Positions 31,936 through 46,649 of a stretch of DNA of 64,000 nucleotides are shown piece by piece. The stretch lies in assembly GCF_009914755.1 (NCBI RefSeq), contig NC_060925.1; one strand, 5' to 3'. A program made the position numbers and the translations under genes. Each line of letters opens with the position of its first letter. Positions within the stretch are counted from its first letter, which is position 1. The DNA is from the human T2T-CHM13v2.0 reference genome, Homo sapiens. A model generated the notes under the pieces. That model was not told the DNA's origin, searched no databases, and worked only from the letters and a program-made list of their open reading frames with translations.

Positions 31936-32807
31936 CAATTAGATAAGTACTGTTCCAAAGCAGGTCCATGATGCTGTGTCTGGAATCAGAGAGAAAGGAG
32001 AGATCAAAGCTGCTTAGATAGAGAGTGAGATTCTGCATGGCTTTACAGAGAAGTTGGTCCCTTAGTCTTGAAGTAGCAGTTATGCAGTTGGAAATAGGTC
32101 AAGAAAAGGTATTCGTGGAGTAGAAACACTGTACAAAGACACCATTTCTTATAGTTTGTTTGGAGACAAGAAAGTACTGGAGTAAGGCTACATCTCAGAA
32201 TTTAGAATGGTAGAAGATGTACTTGCAATTTGGATATCTGTCCCGCAGCAATTTATAAAAATAGCACCTCGACAATGCTTTTCTGTATTTTAACATACTT
32301 CCCCAACCCAACAGACTGAACGAGAGTCTTAAGACATTGGAAGTTGCTTTGTTATATTAATCACCTAATCTAAGGTTTAAATCTTCTCCACTACATCTTT
32401 CCTAATAGTTTTTGAGTCTCTTCTTGAATACTTTGACCGGCTGATAGCATGGGGCAACTGTTAAGACCAGGATCCAGATTGCCTAGGTTCAAATTCCAGC
32501 TTTCCCTAGGTGCGGTGGCACACCCTGTAGTTCCAGCTACTTGAGAGGCTGAGGTGAGAGGATCACTTGAGGTCAGGAGTTCAAGGCCATAGTGTGCTAT
32601 GATCACGCCGGTGAAGAGCCACTGTACTCCAGCTTAGGCAACATAGCGAGACCCCATCATCTTTATAAGTAAATGGGAAAAAAAAATCTCAGCTCTGCCT
32701 GCTATGGTAGACCATGCCAGACCTGCTGCATTGAAGCTTCAAATAGGCATACTAGCTAAGCAAGAACCAAAATATGAAAATAATTAGATTAGGTAGCAAT
32801 GGCTCAC

Positions 32808-32868
32808 CCAGAAATTATGAATCTGGAGCCTTGATATTAGGGTATAAATGATGTGGTTCCCTCCCAGC
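32808..32868 (-). pseudogene. Candidate 61-nt exon
   Basis: Acceptor tcttttatttctttttag|, donor TGG|GTGAGC, and an open frame LGGNHIIYTLISRLQIHNFW (phase 2-0). Confidence 0.5.
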
Positions 32869-33774
32869 CTAAAAAGAAATAAAAGATAAGTCCAGTGTTG
32901 AAAATTCTCCCACCTAGAAGATAAGCATATCATGTGAGCTGCTCAAACTAATCCACTTTAGGTATATTTCCTTGAGAAGAAAAGTTGTCACTAGAGAAAC
33001 TTCTTTCCATCTTGTTCTCATGCATATTTTTTTCATTGTTTACTAGTTGAAACAATTGTAAGACAAGAGGGAACCTTCGAGTTATTAGCCTTACCAGTCT
33101 GAACCTTGATCAGGCTTTAAATAGCTTAATCACTTACATTTGTAAAATACGATTGGTTTGAGGATTAAATAAGATGATTACAAAGCCTTAGACAATGGCC
33201 AGTTCATAGAAAGTCTGAACTAAGGTTGGTATTATTATTTACTGTCTCATATAGTGACTCATTCCATTTGTGCCACTTCTTTCTTATGCAGAATAAGATG
33301 ATCACACCCACTACAACCTCTACTTTTTGGTTTTGGTTCTTACGTTTTGTAGAATAGGCAAAATGTCTTCTTCATGGATATTCTTCTCTTTTCATGTTTC
33401 CTTTTTATCATTCAATTTACCTCTCCAAAATTATTTTCCTTTATCTTTCCATCTTGGTTTGTGGCTTTCTGTCTTTCCATTTGATTAGACTAAAAGTCGT
33501 AGAGTCAGAATTTCTTACTTTTTCTCACATCCCAAATTCTATCTATCTATCTATCTATCTAAGCCACTGTAACATCTCTCTTAGCTTATTGCAATAGCCT
33601 CCTAATTGGTCTCCCTATTCATGTTCTTACCCCCATTTAGTTCACACTTAACACAGCAATCAAAACAATCTGGTGAAATAAAAATTTCATTCAATCTTTC
33701 ACTCCTTTGTTGAACCCATCAAATGACTTTCCATCTCAGAGTAAATGACAAATTTCTTTTAATAGGGGTTGTGA

Positions 33775-34142
<368 letters not shown>

Positions 34143-35214
34143 TCACTTTTATACACACTGATCTCCTCACTATTCCTGGAAGGCATCAGGCAAGCTCCTA
34201 ATTTGTGTCCTTGCACTTGGTATTATGTCTTTTGTTTTGTTTGCTTACTCACTATCTTCCTTCAGGTCTTTGTTTAAATGCTACCTTCTACTTGAGTCTT
34301 TTTTTTTCATATACTTTTAATAAACTTTCTCATTCATTTTTAAAATTCAAATTACTATATAATATACTCTATATTTTACTAGTAATTCTTGACTATTTTC
34401 TGTCTCCTTTCACAGAACATAAGCTCCATGAGGGCAGAGATTTTGCCTGATTATATTACTGTTACATTTGCAGAGATTAAAATGGGGCCTGTCTCATAGT
34501 AGGCATTCAATGAATATTTGTTGACGTAATGAAGAGATTCTACGAAGCATACAACCTACTTTCATTGTTCTCGGATGACTTCTGATGAATTATATGTCAC
34601 TCTTGGATAATTATTATTCAAACTGAATATTGTATTCTTGTTTGGTTTTGAAAAACACAGCAAAGATAGGGAACATTATCTTCATTGTTTTAGACACATT
34701 TCTTCTTTTATATAAGTTTGGCAATTAAGACTAAGGATCTTAATTGACTTATTAAGATTCTTAATATACTTAGATTTTTTTTTTAAATTTAAAATTCCAG
34801 GCTGTTCTTGAAGTCATGGCCTCAAGCAATTCTCCCACCTCTGCCTCCCAAAGCGCTAGGATTACAGGCATAAGCCATTACACTTGGCCCAATAGAGACC
34901 TTTAAATGAGACTATTAATACCACTCATCCCACTGCAAATATATATATCTGTTTGTCTTACATTTCTCAAACTTGTTCCTTAACCAGTTAAGGAAACTCA
35001 GAAAGGGTAAATGAATTGCCCAAGGTTGCATGATTAGTAAACAGCAGGTGTGAATCTTGAGACTGGTCCAAGGTCCCACTACTGCATAATACTTTTAGCA
35101 TTCTTATATTTTCTATAACACCAAGCACAGTGTTTTGCAAGTCCTCAGTAAACACATGTTTATTGTTGATTAATGTTCCTTGCCTTGAGCTTCCTGTAAC
35201 GTAAGGCTCTCATT

Positions 35215-35428
35215 TAGACTTGTAATCCTCAACTGGGGGGCAACTTTGCCTCCAGAGAACATTTGCCAATGTTTGAAAATATTTTTGATTGTCAGGAATG
35301 GGAAATGCTACTGGCATCTAGTGGGCAGAAGTCAGGGATACTGCTAAATATCCTACAATGCACAGGATTGCCCTTCCACAACAAAGAATTATCTGGCCCA
35401 AATGTGCTGAAACTGAGAAACCCCGATT
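35215..35428. mobile_element. MER20 (a second, truncated copy lies at ~36665-36829)
   Basis: gctactggcatctagtgggcagaagtcagggatactgctaaatatcctacaatgcacagg. Confidence 0.85.
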
Positions 35429-37214
35429 TAGATCTTAGCTTATTGATTTGCAAGCAGTATAGAGAAAGTCTAAAAGTGAACCAAAGCAAGCTGATTATTT
35501 CTTCTCTCTGGTTTTCTTGTTAATGGACCCAGCTTTTAAGTAAAATAAAAGAGCACTTGAGCTATAAAAACAGATACACAAATAAAACCCTGTCAGCCTG
35601 GCTCCTTTTGGTACCTGAGGTCCTTGTGCTTGTACTGAGAGGTGAGAGCCAAGTAAAAGCCATACTCCTCAGCCAGGATAAAGCAACTTGTACTCATTAC
35701 ATATTCATGTTTGCAATGGCATTCTTCACTTAAAAGATTCAGGGCACATCATTAATTAAAGCAATGAATTCCTGAGAAACAACACTAATTAAACCTCAAA
35801 ATCAAAACAGCATAAAAAGGCAGACCTCATTTTTCTATTCCTTCTGAGCAGCTGGGACAAATCATACAGCTTTATCATGCCAAGTGGGGAAAGGTAGAAT
35901 TTATCAAGAAGGCAGACCAGCCACCTTCACTTAGGCTTTCTTCCTCTTTCTTGCTGCTGGTTCTAAAAATGAACCATGGCAGGGCTGCCAAAAAGCAAAT
36001 CGCTGGTTGGTAGTGGCAATGTCCTCATTTGCATGGCATGTGCTTTATCTTTCATAAACAAGCAGCTAAATTCTGGAACAGCAGGAGGATTCGAGCTTAA
36101 GGGGTCAGAGATCCACTCTGTTAAGCTAGACAACCGTGGCCTGCTGTTTTACTCCATATTTGATGCGTGGGCAACCTCATAGCTTAACTCCCTTATATTT
36201 ACTGATTACTTCCATATCTCTATTTTTCATTCCAAGAACTATGCTAAATGCTTTGCATGCCTGATCTTTTAAAAAATCCTTCAACAACCCTGTGCACTAT
36301 TATTCACATTTCCTAGATTACAAAATTAAGGTTTAGAGAAGTAATTTGTTCAAAATCACATGTGTAGTAAATACAAAAGCTAAGACTCAAACCCAAGTCC
36401 TTTATCCCCCTTTTAATTCTCAATTCTATTGTTTGGTTCAGGTTCCCATCATTTCTTATCTGGATTATTGTCCAGCTTTCTAACTAGACTCCTAAATTGT
36501 GCTTCTAGAGGGCTTGTCCCAGGTCTTTCCTACTATTGCATAATACTTTTAGCATTTTTGTTTCCTCTAACATCAAGCACTGTTTTGCAAGTCTTCAATA
36601 AACATGTTTAATGTTGATTAATGTGTCTTGCCTTGACCTTCCGGCAAACTAAGGCTTTTATTTAGATTCGTGGCTCTCAAGTGGGGGTGACTTTCCCTCC
36701 AGGGAACATTTTCAAATGTTTGGAAACATTTTTGATGGTCAGCAATAGGAAGTGCTGCTGGCATCTAGTGGGTAGAAGCCAGGGATACTGCTAAACATCC
36801 TACAATGCACAGAACAGCCCTCCCACAACTCCATCTTCCACTCTGCAACCAGCATAACGTTTCTAAAATGCAAACCTAAATCCTACTTAGTCTAACTAAA
36901 TGACTTATGGTTCCTTGAATTCATCAGAGTCCACTTCCTCACACATGTTGTTTTCTTAATTGACATTTGTTTATCCTTAGAAATTCAGTTGAAAGGTTAG
37001 CAATATTGAATAGAAAGGTGGCCATAGTTTGCTTAAAATATAGACTGCATTACTTGCATTCACATCTGCTAAAGAGAAAGTAAATTTTTGAGTAATCTTA
37101 ACATGTTTGTGAAACGATTTCATATCTATAATACTGGAATACTCTCTACTTTTGTCAATTATGTTATTTAAATGGATTTCATTAGGCTTGACCATATTAC
37201 CATGACCATCTTAC

Positions 37215-37820
37215 CATGGAACTATGATGAAGCTCTCCATTTTTTCCTTTCCCTAGTCTCTAAAACATCAACATTTTCATTTTTTAGTGTTTTAAAGGCA
37301 TCTCAAATCATATTTCATTCATCTGCTTTTCCCTGAAGATTAAACACATATTCAGAGTGGAGATATTTGTGAGTGTACCAATGAGTCTCTATCTCTGTTT
37401 TCCCATTTGTTGTTCTAAGTCCACTGACAATTTGACCTATTTGGTTCAATCCTTCAGGAGGTTCTATATTCAGAGAAGTTTAGTCCTTCTGAATCTCCCT
37501 GTTTTATTTGCCCATCTTGAAGGATATAGATGAAACTAGAGGTTATACCCCGTGGCAACTCGTTAAAATCCCTGGCTATCACCATAGTGTCCAATACTTT
37601 TTTCCTTAATTTATGTCATTTCATCCCTATCCTCTCTCTCTCACATTCTCTTCTCTCAACACTGCTTCTTGCTCCTTCTCTTCTTGTCCACCCCTGTGCC
37701 CTGTCAGCTGATGGCTCTCTTTGCTCTCCTTTAGATAATCACCCAGGCAGCTTTTGTTCTTTCTACACCTCCTACCTTCTAGGGACTTCATTACATGAAA
37801 TCAAAGTATTACTCAGGCCA
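37215..37820 (-). pseudogene. Candidate decayed exon of the minus-strand gene
   Basis: Long upstream polypyrimidine tract, and donor ATG|GTAAGA at 37215/37214. Reads KKVLDTMVIARDFNELPRGITSSFIYILQDGQIKQGDSEGLNF(fs)LNIEPPEGLNQIGQIVSGLRTTNGKTEIETHWYTHKYLHSEYVFNLQGKADE*. Phase 1 is compatible with the acceptor tttctctttag| at 37068. Confidence 0.45.
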
Positions 37821-38746
37821 TGTTGCAAGGGCCAGGAAAGAAAAGGGACAAAGCAGACAAAGCAGGCAAAGCAAAGGGATTATATTTTAATAGTTCAGTC
37901 CCATCACAATTACACTTCTTCATAGGGTAGGGGTCAGGCTTCTCCTTGTAATTGTGATTTTGGTCATTATAAGGAAAATTATGAGGATGCTTAGAGATCA
38001 GGTAGTTCACCTCTTTAATTAAATAGATGTCCAAATAGGTGTGACTTGCCCATGGTCACACCATGGGTCAATGCCACGGTTAAGCTGGACCTTCTGACCA
38101 GAAGTCAGGATATCTTCTAGTACTCTACACTGTTTAAATGCATCAGTGTAGTGCCTCCTGCAATATATATATGAAGTAAAGGTGGAGGTAAAAAACAAAG
38201 ATATGGTTTAATGATTTAAATTAAAGTAGGGAATCCTTCTCCCCACCACATTATGACAAAAGGACCAGATGTAGTAGTAAATAAGATTGGTCTCCAGGTC
38301 TGCTTATGCGATATAGTTATAACGTTTGGTCATGAATTACCTGGGAGTCTAAAATAGTATTCTATTTTAAAGATACAATAAGTCTTTAAAATGAAGATGT
38401 GTCTTTTTAGTTTTTACTGGCTGTGCTTTGATAGTAATAAAAGTAGTAACAATAATACTGATAGCTACCATTACTGATTGCACTATGTTTGCCAGGCCTC
38501 CCATTAAACACTTTATTCTCTTATTCAATCTAATTTTCAAAAGAACTATAAAATATGAGTTTATGTAGCTACTTTACAGACTAGGGAACTGAGGTTCAGC
38601 AATGAGCAATGAGATAATTTATTGTTACTCAGTAAGTAGCAGTCAAAATTCAAACCCAAGTTTGCCTATCTTCAAGAGGCTATGCTTTCACTCTCATACA
38701 AAGCAGAAGGTAACAGTGCCTACCTCATTCTGCCTTGTCATATATA

Positions 38747-40630
38747 TAAGTATACCTCAAAGATATTGGGAGTTTGATTTCAGACCACTGCAATAAAGTA
38801 AATATCATAATAAAACTCATCTATAAGAAGCAACTCCTCATCCATTCAAGTTTTATCATAAGATTGCAGCAATTCCGTCACATCATCAAGTTCCACTTCT
38901 AATTCTAGTTCTCTTGCTACTTCTGCAATATCATCAGTGACTTCCTCCATGAAGTGTTAAACCCCTCAAAGTCATCAGCGAGGGTTGGAATCAACTTCTT
39001 CCAAACTCCTGTTAATCTTGCTATTTTAACCTCCCTTGAATCATGAGTGTTCTTAATGGCATCTAGAATACTGAACTCTTTCCAGAGGCTTTTGATTTAC
39101 TTTGCCTAGACCCATCAAATGAATCACTGTCAATGATGGCTCTAGCCTTAAGAAATGTGTTTCTGAAATAATAAGACTTGAAACTCAAAATTACTCCTTG
39201 ATCTCCTCGTTGCACAATAGATGTTGTGTTAGCAGGCATGAAAACAACATTCATCTCTTTGTACATCTGCCTTAGAGCTCTTAGGTGATTAGGTACATTG
39301 CCAATGAGCACTAATATTTTGAAAGGAATCTTTTTTTTCAGGAGCAATAGGTTTCACCAGTAGACTTAAAATATTCAGTAAACCATGCTGTAAACAGATA
39401 TGCAATCGTCCAGGCTTTGTTGTTCCATTTGTAGAGCACAGGCAGAATAGGCTGAGCATAATTCTTAAGGGCCTTAGAGTTTTTTGAATGGTCAATGACC
39501 ATTGGCTTCAACTTAAAATCCCCAGCTGCATTAGTCCCTAACAAGAGAGTCAGCCAGGCTGTCCTTCAAAGCTCCGAAGACAGGCTTTGACTTCTTTCTA
39601 GCTATGAAAGTCCTAAGTAGCATCTTCTTCCAATAGGAGGCTGTTTTATCTATATTGAAAATCTGTTGTTGAGTGTAGCTACCTTCATCAATGATCTTAG
39701 CCAGATCTTCTGGATAACTTGCTACAGCTTCTACATCAGCACTTGCTGCTTCACCTTGCACTTTTATGTTATAGAGATGGCTTCTTTCCTTAAACGTCAC
39801 GAAGCAACCTCTGCTAGTTGTGCATCTTGCGCAGCTTCCTAACCTCTCTCAGCCTTCATAAAATTGAAGAAAGCTAGGATCTTGCTCTGGATTAGGCTTG
39901 GCTTAAAGGAATGTTGTGTCTGGTTTGATCTTCTATCCAGATCACTCAAACTTTCTTCATTATCAGCAATAAGACTACTTTGCTTTCTTATCACTTGTGA
40001 TTTCACTGAGTAGCACTTCTAATTTTACTTTTAATTTTTCTTCAAGAGCTTTTCCTTTGCTTTCCCAATTGGCTGTTTGTCAGAAGAGGTCTAGCTTTTG
40101 GCCTGTCTCAGCTTTCTACGTGCCTCCCTCACTAAGTTTAATCATTTTTAGTTTTGAGTTAAACTAAGAGATGTGTGACTTTCCCTTTCGCTTGACACTT
40201 AGAGACCATTGTAGGGTTATTAATTGGCCTAACTTTAATATTGTTGTGTTTCAGGAAACAGGGAGGCCTAGAGAAAGGAAGAGAGTCAGAGAACCACCAG
40301 TTAGTGGGGTAGTCAGAATATACACAACGTTGATTAAGTTTGCTGTCTTAAATGGGTGTGATTTGTGGTGCCCCAAAACAATTACAATAATAACATCAAA
40401 GATTACTGATCTCAGGTCACCATAATGGATACAATAATAAGAAAGTTTGAAAGATTGTGAAAATTACCAAAATGTGACACAGAGATACAAGGTAAGCACA
40501 TGCTATTGGAAAAAATGGCACCAATAAACTTGCTTGGTGCAGGGTTGCCACAAACCTTCAATTTGTAAAAAGTTTAATTGCTGCAAAGGACAATAAAGGG
40601 AAGCACAATAAAACTATACAGGTATATCTG
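38747..40630 (-). mobile_element. Tigger1 DNA transposon, internally deleted, with a degraded pogo-type transposase
   Basis: Tigger1 termini flanked by TA. Peptides [47 protein letters not shown]. Confidence 0.93.
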
Positions 40631-41837
40631 TATAGTTTATCCTTCCATTCAAGGAACTTTTATTGCTATGCACTGGGACAGGTGATAAACACAAAGTAAT
40701 GGGAAAAACACATAAGCAAATGCATAATTGTAGTTTAGTGTAAGAAACTGTTTTCACAGAGGGGGACATCAAAACCAGCCTGGGTGGGGATGGTCAGGGA
40801 ATGCTTGCAGGACATGCAGGCCTTTGAGTTGCATGTTTAAGGAGGAGTAGATGTCCATTAGGGAGATAGCATGTGTGAACATGGAACATAATGAACTCAA
40901 GAAACCATGAATAATTGTTTGGAATGAGTAATGGACTGGAAACAGGAGGTCATGTGGGACATGTCAGAGGAAGCTGGAGAGTCAGTCTCATCTTAGATCC
41001 TGCATGGCTATTTGAACCATGTTGAGTGGCTTAGAATTTATCCTAAGTGGAATGAGGAGCCACCATGGATTTTTATTAGAGAAATGACATAGTCAGATAT
41101 GGTTTAGGGAGTGTGCCTATGGGTGGGGGTGGTAGAGGATAGAAAGGCAGGATGGGGCATTGAGAAGGGACATGGGAGACTACAGGCAGGGACCCCGGTG
41201 GGGATGCTGCTGTAATCCAGGTAAAGAAAGAAGAGAGCTGAAACTGAGGCCCCTGAAAGGGAAAAGAGAAAATAGGAGGAGAGAAATGGGTTTATAAGAT
41301 TTGAAGCAGGTTCCCTTGCCTGCCATATTGTTTGCTCCATTGACATTTGGCTCAGCCCCTTGCTCAGGGAGATATTATAGCATGTGCAGTCTACTGAAAA
41401 TGAAAAAAAAAGCCCAAACATGAAATGAATCACATACAACTATGAGCAAGAAAGAATAAAACAAGGGATCTGAGTAAGGCCAAGAAGGAAGAGACAGTCT
41501 TATCTTTTTCTTTTTACCTTAAGCCTTGTGTCCCTTTCTTCTCTAATCTCTCACTCTTCCTTCTCACCTACTCCTTTCTCTGCCTCTGTGACTTTAACAG
41601 TTCATCATGACTAAAGGTCTCAGGAAGACAGAGGAAGACAGGGTAGGGAGCTAAACCTGAAACCATGTTGAAATTACAGTGCTGCTCAACTTTAGGATGT
41701 GATCATTGCTAAGCTGGGCCTTTAGCAAAAGAATGGCTTCTTGACACACTGCATGCAGGGGAAGGGTGGGCTCAGAGAAGTTCAGTGTTTGTTTCCACAA
41801 TATTCCTTGAAAAAGTCTTAAAACTGCTTTAGAATAT

Positions 41838-42830
41838 TAAGAAGAAAAAAAAACCCACCATTTTTTTTTTCTCCTATTATTTTCTTACAACACAGAACAC
41901 TTCATTGACCAATGTGTAGGAGTTTTGACCCACACACTAATCAAGAAATCAGTTCTGCAGTGGACACCAGTGGGGTGTCCTCTCAATTCAATTTGGAAAT
42001 GACCTACCTGAAAGTAGAATCAGATCCCACACATCGAGTAGTCAGTCCCATGACTGCCCCCTACTTCAGATGCGAGTTGCCCATTCAGGCCTTTGGAATT
42101 TCTGACTGGCCAGCTATAAATTGGGATTTCTACAACCTCTCTACCTTTGGGTTTGATTAATTTGCTAAAGCTGCTCACAGAACTCAGGGAAGCCCTTTAG
42201 TTTTGTTTATGCATTTATTATAAAGGATACATGAAAGGATACAAATGAACAGCCAAAGAAAGAAGGTTTGGAAATGTCCCAAGCCCAGGAGCCTCTGTCC
42301 CTGTGGAGGTGGAGGGTGCCACCCTTCCAGCAGGTTAATGTATTCTTGTTCACCAATTTGGAAGCTCCCTGAACTCAGCTCTTCTGGTACTTTATGGAGG
42401 CTTCATTATGTAGACATGATTGATTAAATTGTTGGCCACTGGTGATCAACTTAAACTTCAGCCTCTCTCCTTCTCTGGATGTGAGATGGGGTGTGGGGCT
42501 GTGAGTCTCAACCCTCTAAGCACACAGTAAGTCCCCTTGGCAACCAACCCTTCATCCTGTAGTTATCTAGGGATTTTCCAAAAATCACCTCATTAACATA
42601 GTCTCAGGTGTGGTTGAAAGGGGCTTGTTATAAATAACAGAAATGCTGGTTTCACCTTCATCACTCTGGAGCTACTCTGGAGCTGTTTCTGGGAACTGAA
42701 GACAAAAGGCCAAATAGTTTAACAAAAAATATCCTTATCATTCTAGTTACTTAGGAAATTATAAAGGCTATAGGAGCTGTGAGCTAGAAACCATGGACAC
42801 AGCCAAAAATAAATATTTTATAATATCACA
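41838..42830 (-). mobile_element. MER21-like LTR
   Basis: aacacagaacacttcattgaccaatgtgt...ttctgcagtggacaccag...taatatcaca. Confidence 0.75.
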
Positions 42831-44483
42831 AATACTGTCTATGTTTTTCCATTGATATGTCACTATTTGTTTGAACTCAGGCCTGTTAACTTGCTGTGAT
42901 GCTAATGGCCTTTTGTTTATAATAGACCTAAAAGATTTTCAAATTATGCAACCCCCATTGCCAAAAGCTTTCGGGTGGCCTTTTAAGCAAAATGAAGAAA
43001 AATTGCATATAGGTTCACATTCATTTTCCAATGTAAATTGCCATTTTATTAAAAATGGAGTTTATAGCAGGGAAATCATAATTTAAATTAATGAATCCTC
43101 AAATGATACTTGTTATTGCCAATTATTTTTTAATATAATATAAAATTTCTGGGTTCATAAATAGCATTCTTTTTTTATTCAGGAAAAGCCATGCTCAGCA
43201 ATGTGTTATTCATGACTTAATTATTCTATAGATGCTTCATTCATATGCATGCAGATATATCTGGCAGCACTGCATTTTAATGAAGATGCTGAAAGGCAGC
43301 AGGCTATAATTTCTGACAGAGGATTCTGTCAGGACTGAACAATAGGAGCTCCTGAAGAGGACTAGGAAATAACACAGCCCAGAAAGAAAATTAAAAACCC
43401 ATTTAAATATTTTAATTATAATCTTCATTAGGGACATTTTGAAATCCTTGTGCACATCAGAGCTTCCATAGTTTAGAAGCTATTTTTGCTGGAAGAGAAT
43501 AATTTTTAGGAAGGGGGAAATATTTTCAAGATCTCATGAGTTGAGACACAGCCGCTCCCTAGGGGAGCACAGGACCTGGTTTCTGTGCCCATTCCCTGCC
43601 CCTCTTTAGGCTGACTTCTCTTTATTGAAGTCATAATGGGGTTAAAATGACCAATCTGTTCAACCTTGCAAGAGACAAGGAAAGGAGGAAGGGAAAGAGA
43701 GCCTTTCACATTTGTGTGTGTGTGTGTGCATGAGTGTGCCACATACACACAGAGTGTGAGGTTTAGGATTTTAGCACTGGTTGGCTGCACCTCAAGCTTT
43801 CATCCTTGGACCCTCCAGAAAGCTCAGGTTAATGAGAAACAATAAAGACCTGTTTCAACGATAGGGATTGACGCAATTTTATTATGGTTTCTCTTTCTCA
43901 TCTTCTCAGAGAGGGAGAGATGTCAGAAAAATGATAGAATTGTCAAAAGCTTGTGCAATCAGCTAAATAAAAAAACAGGTAATAATTCCACTTTTTCCGT
44001 TACAGAATACAAGCAAAAAGAAACCTACCGCTACATTCAAGTATTTTAGGGTAGGTATGAATATGCAAGTGATGGGGCATCCAGGGCAGTGGGAGGCGTG
44101 GCACTTTCTGGAAGGGTGAGGAGAAAGAGGAGCAGCTGTCCAGGCACTGCCCTGGGTTTCCTCCTACTCTGTTGAAGCTGCTCTTGTTATGCTTGCCTGT
44201 GTGCCTTGCATCTCCACATCCACTGCACACTTTGCTGTCTTCTTACTCCACCTCTCAGCCACGTTGAACACAGATGGCAACCTCCTCTTTCTTCAAGCAT
44301 GCTGCTCTTGTGACGCTTGTGATGCCATAGACTACTGCTTCTCAGCATTCTTGTGTTTTCCTCCCGTTCTATTTCTTTTTAAAATGTTGACCATTGATAA
44401 GTAGAATTTAATTTTTGTGTAGTGTGTAAATTTTTAATCCTTTAGCGTATTGTATACATCTTTAATTAAGAAATTCTTCCTTG

Positions 44484-44806
<323 letters not shown>

Positions 44807-44875
44807 AATTCTTCCTTACTTTAAGCTCATGAAGTTCTTCTAAAATTTCTTGCAAGCATTTAAAGTTTCTAGTTC

Positions 44876-45650
44876 ATTGTCATGTTTTGAGGTAGAGATC
44901 TGAAAGTCATGTTGAAACTTAATCCCCAGCATGGCAGTATTAAGAGATGGTGCCTTTAAGAGGTGATTGGGGGCCGGCGTGGTGGCTCATACCTGTAATC
45001 CCAGCACTTTAGCAGGAGGAACCAGGCAGATCGCTTGAGCCCAGGAGTTTGAGACCAGCCTTGGCAACATGGTGAAACTCCATCTCTACAAAAAATTAAA
45101 AATTAGCCAGGCACGGTGGTCGCACCTTCGTAGTCCCAGCAACTTGGAGGCTGAGGTGGGACGATCACTTGAGCTTGGGAGGTTGAAGCTGCAGTGATTG
45201 TGCCACAGCACTCCAGCCTGAGTGCTGTGGATGAAAGAGTGAGACCCTGTCTCAAAAAACAAAATAAATAAAAACAAGTACAAAAACAAACAAAAAACTA
45301 AAAAAGAAGTGATTGGGTCAGGTGGGTTCTGGTTTAATCCGTTCATGGATTAATTAATGGATTAATGGGTTAATGGATTAATAAGTTATCGTGAGGGTAG
45401 AACTGGTGGCTTTAAAAGAAGAGGAGAGACCTGATCTAACACGCTCAGACCCTCTTGCCATGTGATGCCCTTCCCTGTATCACCTCTGAACTCTGCAGAG
45501 AATTACCACCAGCAAAAAAACCCTCACAAGATACAGGTCCTTGTCATTGGGCTTCTCAGCCTCCATAATCCTAAGAAATAAATTCCTTTTCTTTGGGAAT
45601 TACCCACTTTCAGGAATTCTGTTATAAGCAACAGAAAACAGACTAAGACA
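44876..45650 (+). mobile_element. MST-family LTR interrupted by AluJ (44972-45308)
   Basis: LTR ends gactaagaca. Alu TSD aaga(g/a)gtgattggg. Confidence 0.8.
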
Positions 45651-46649
45651 AAATCTGAGCTTTTCATTCTATATATATAACTATCTGTCCCAGAATTACT
45701 CATTGGATAGTCCTTCCTTTCACAAATGGTTTGCAAAGCCAACTGTGTCATATATCAAATATCTAGTATACATAAGTATAGGTCTCTGTGTTAGTCTTCT
45801 TAATTACTGAATAAAACAGTATCACAAATTTAGGAGTTTAGAACAATAGCTACTTGTTACCTCACAGTCCTATAGACAAGAAGTCCAGGCAGGCTTACCT
45901 GGATTCTGAGTGTTTAACAAGGCCAAAATAAAGGTGTTGGCCTGGCTGGGCTCTTATCTGGGGGCTCTAGGGAATAATCTGCTTTCGAGCTCCTTCAGGT
46001 TGTTGACAGAATCCACTTCCTTGAAGCTATAGAACTGAGGTCTCTGTTTCCTTGTCTGCTGTGAGCTGGAGCCACTCTACGCAGCTCAAAGCCACACACA
46101 TTTCTTGGCATATGGACTCTTGCATCTCCAAAGCCAGCAAGGGCACGTGAAATGCCCTCATACTTCGAATGTCCAACTTCTGCTTCTTCTGCCAGCCAGA
46201 AAAAAAAAATGATCTGCACTTGAAGGGCTCAGGTAATTAAGATTACCCAGATAATCTTTATTTTTCCATAAAATGTAACAGTCATGGAAAGGATCTTTTC
46301 ATGTTCCATCCCCACTCAAATAGGAAGGTATTACAGAAGAGCCAGGGTCATTGGGGGTCATTCCTAGAATTTCACGTGCTACAATCTGTCTATGGGCTTT
46401 CTAACCTGTACCATTATCCCTGTGCCAATATCCACCCTGTTTAAGCAAGTTGTATCAAAAATTCCACTGATATTTGAATTGTAATTGCCTTGGATCTAAG
46501 GTTCTATCTTTTTGATATTGAATCTTTTTACTAAAACTTTGGAATGCCTCCCAATTCATAATTTTGTCCATATGTCTTACATATCTTTTCCTTTTTCATA
46601 CATCATAATGAAAAGTTACAATGAACTCTGGCCCAAAGCAAAAATTTTG

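Noticed and set aside
36027-36034. Octamer ATTTGCAT
   Set aside because: A single 8-mer is expected by chance in 64 kb, and no adjacent partner motif was recognised.
39063-39800. Transposase-like ORFs as a possible domesticated TIGD gene
   Set aside because: They are fragmented across frames inside an ordinary, internally deleted Tigger1.
43100-43360. Minus-strand peptide LPDISACI*MKHL*NN*VMNNTLLSM, loosely resembling a pentraxin motif, after a good acceptor
   Set aside because: About 6 stops in 60 codons (random level), no clear donor and an ambiguous frame.
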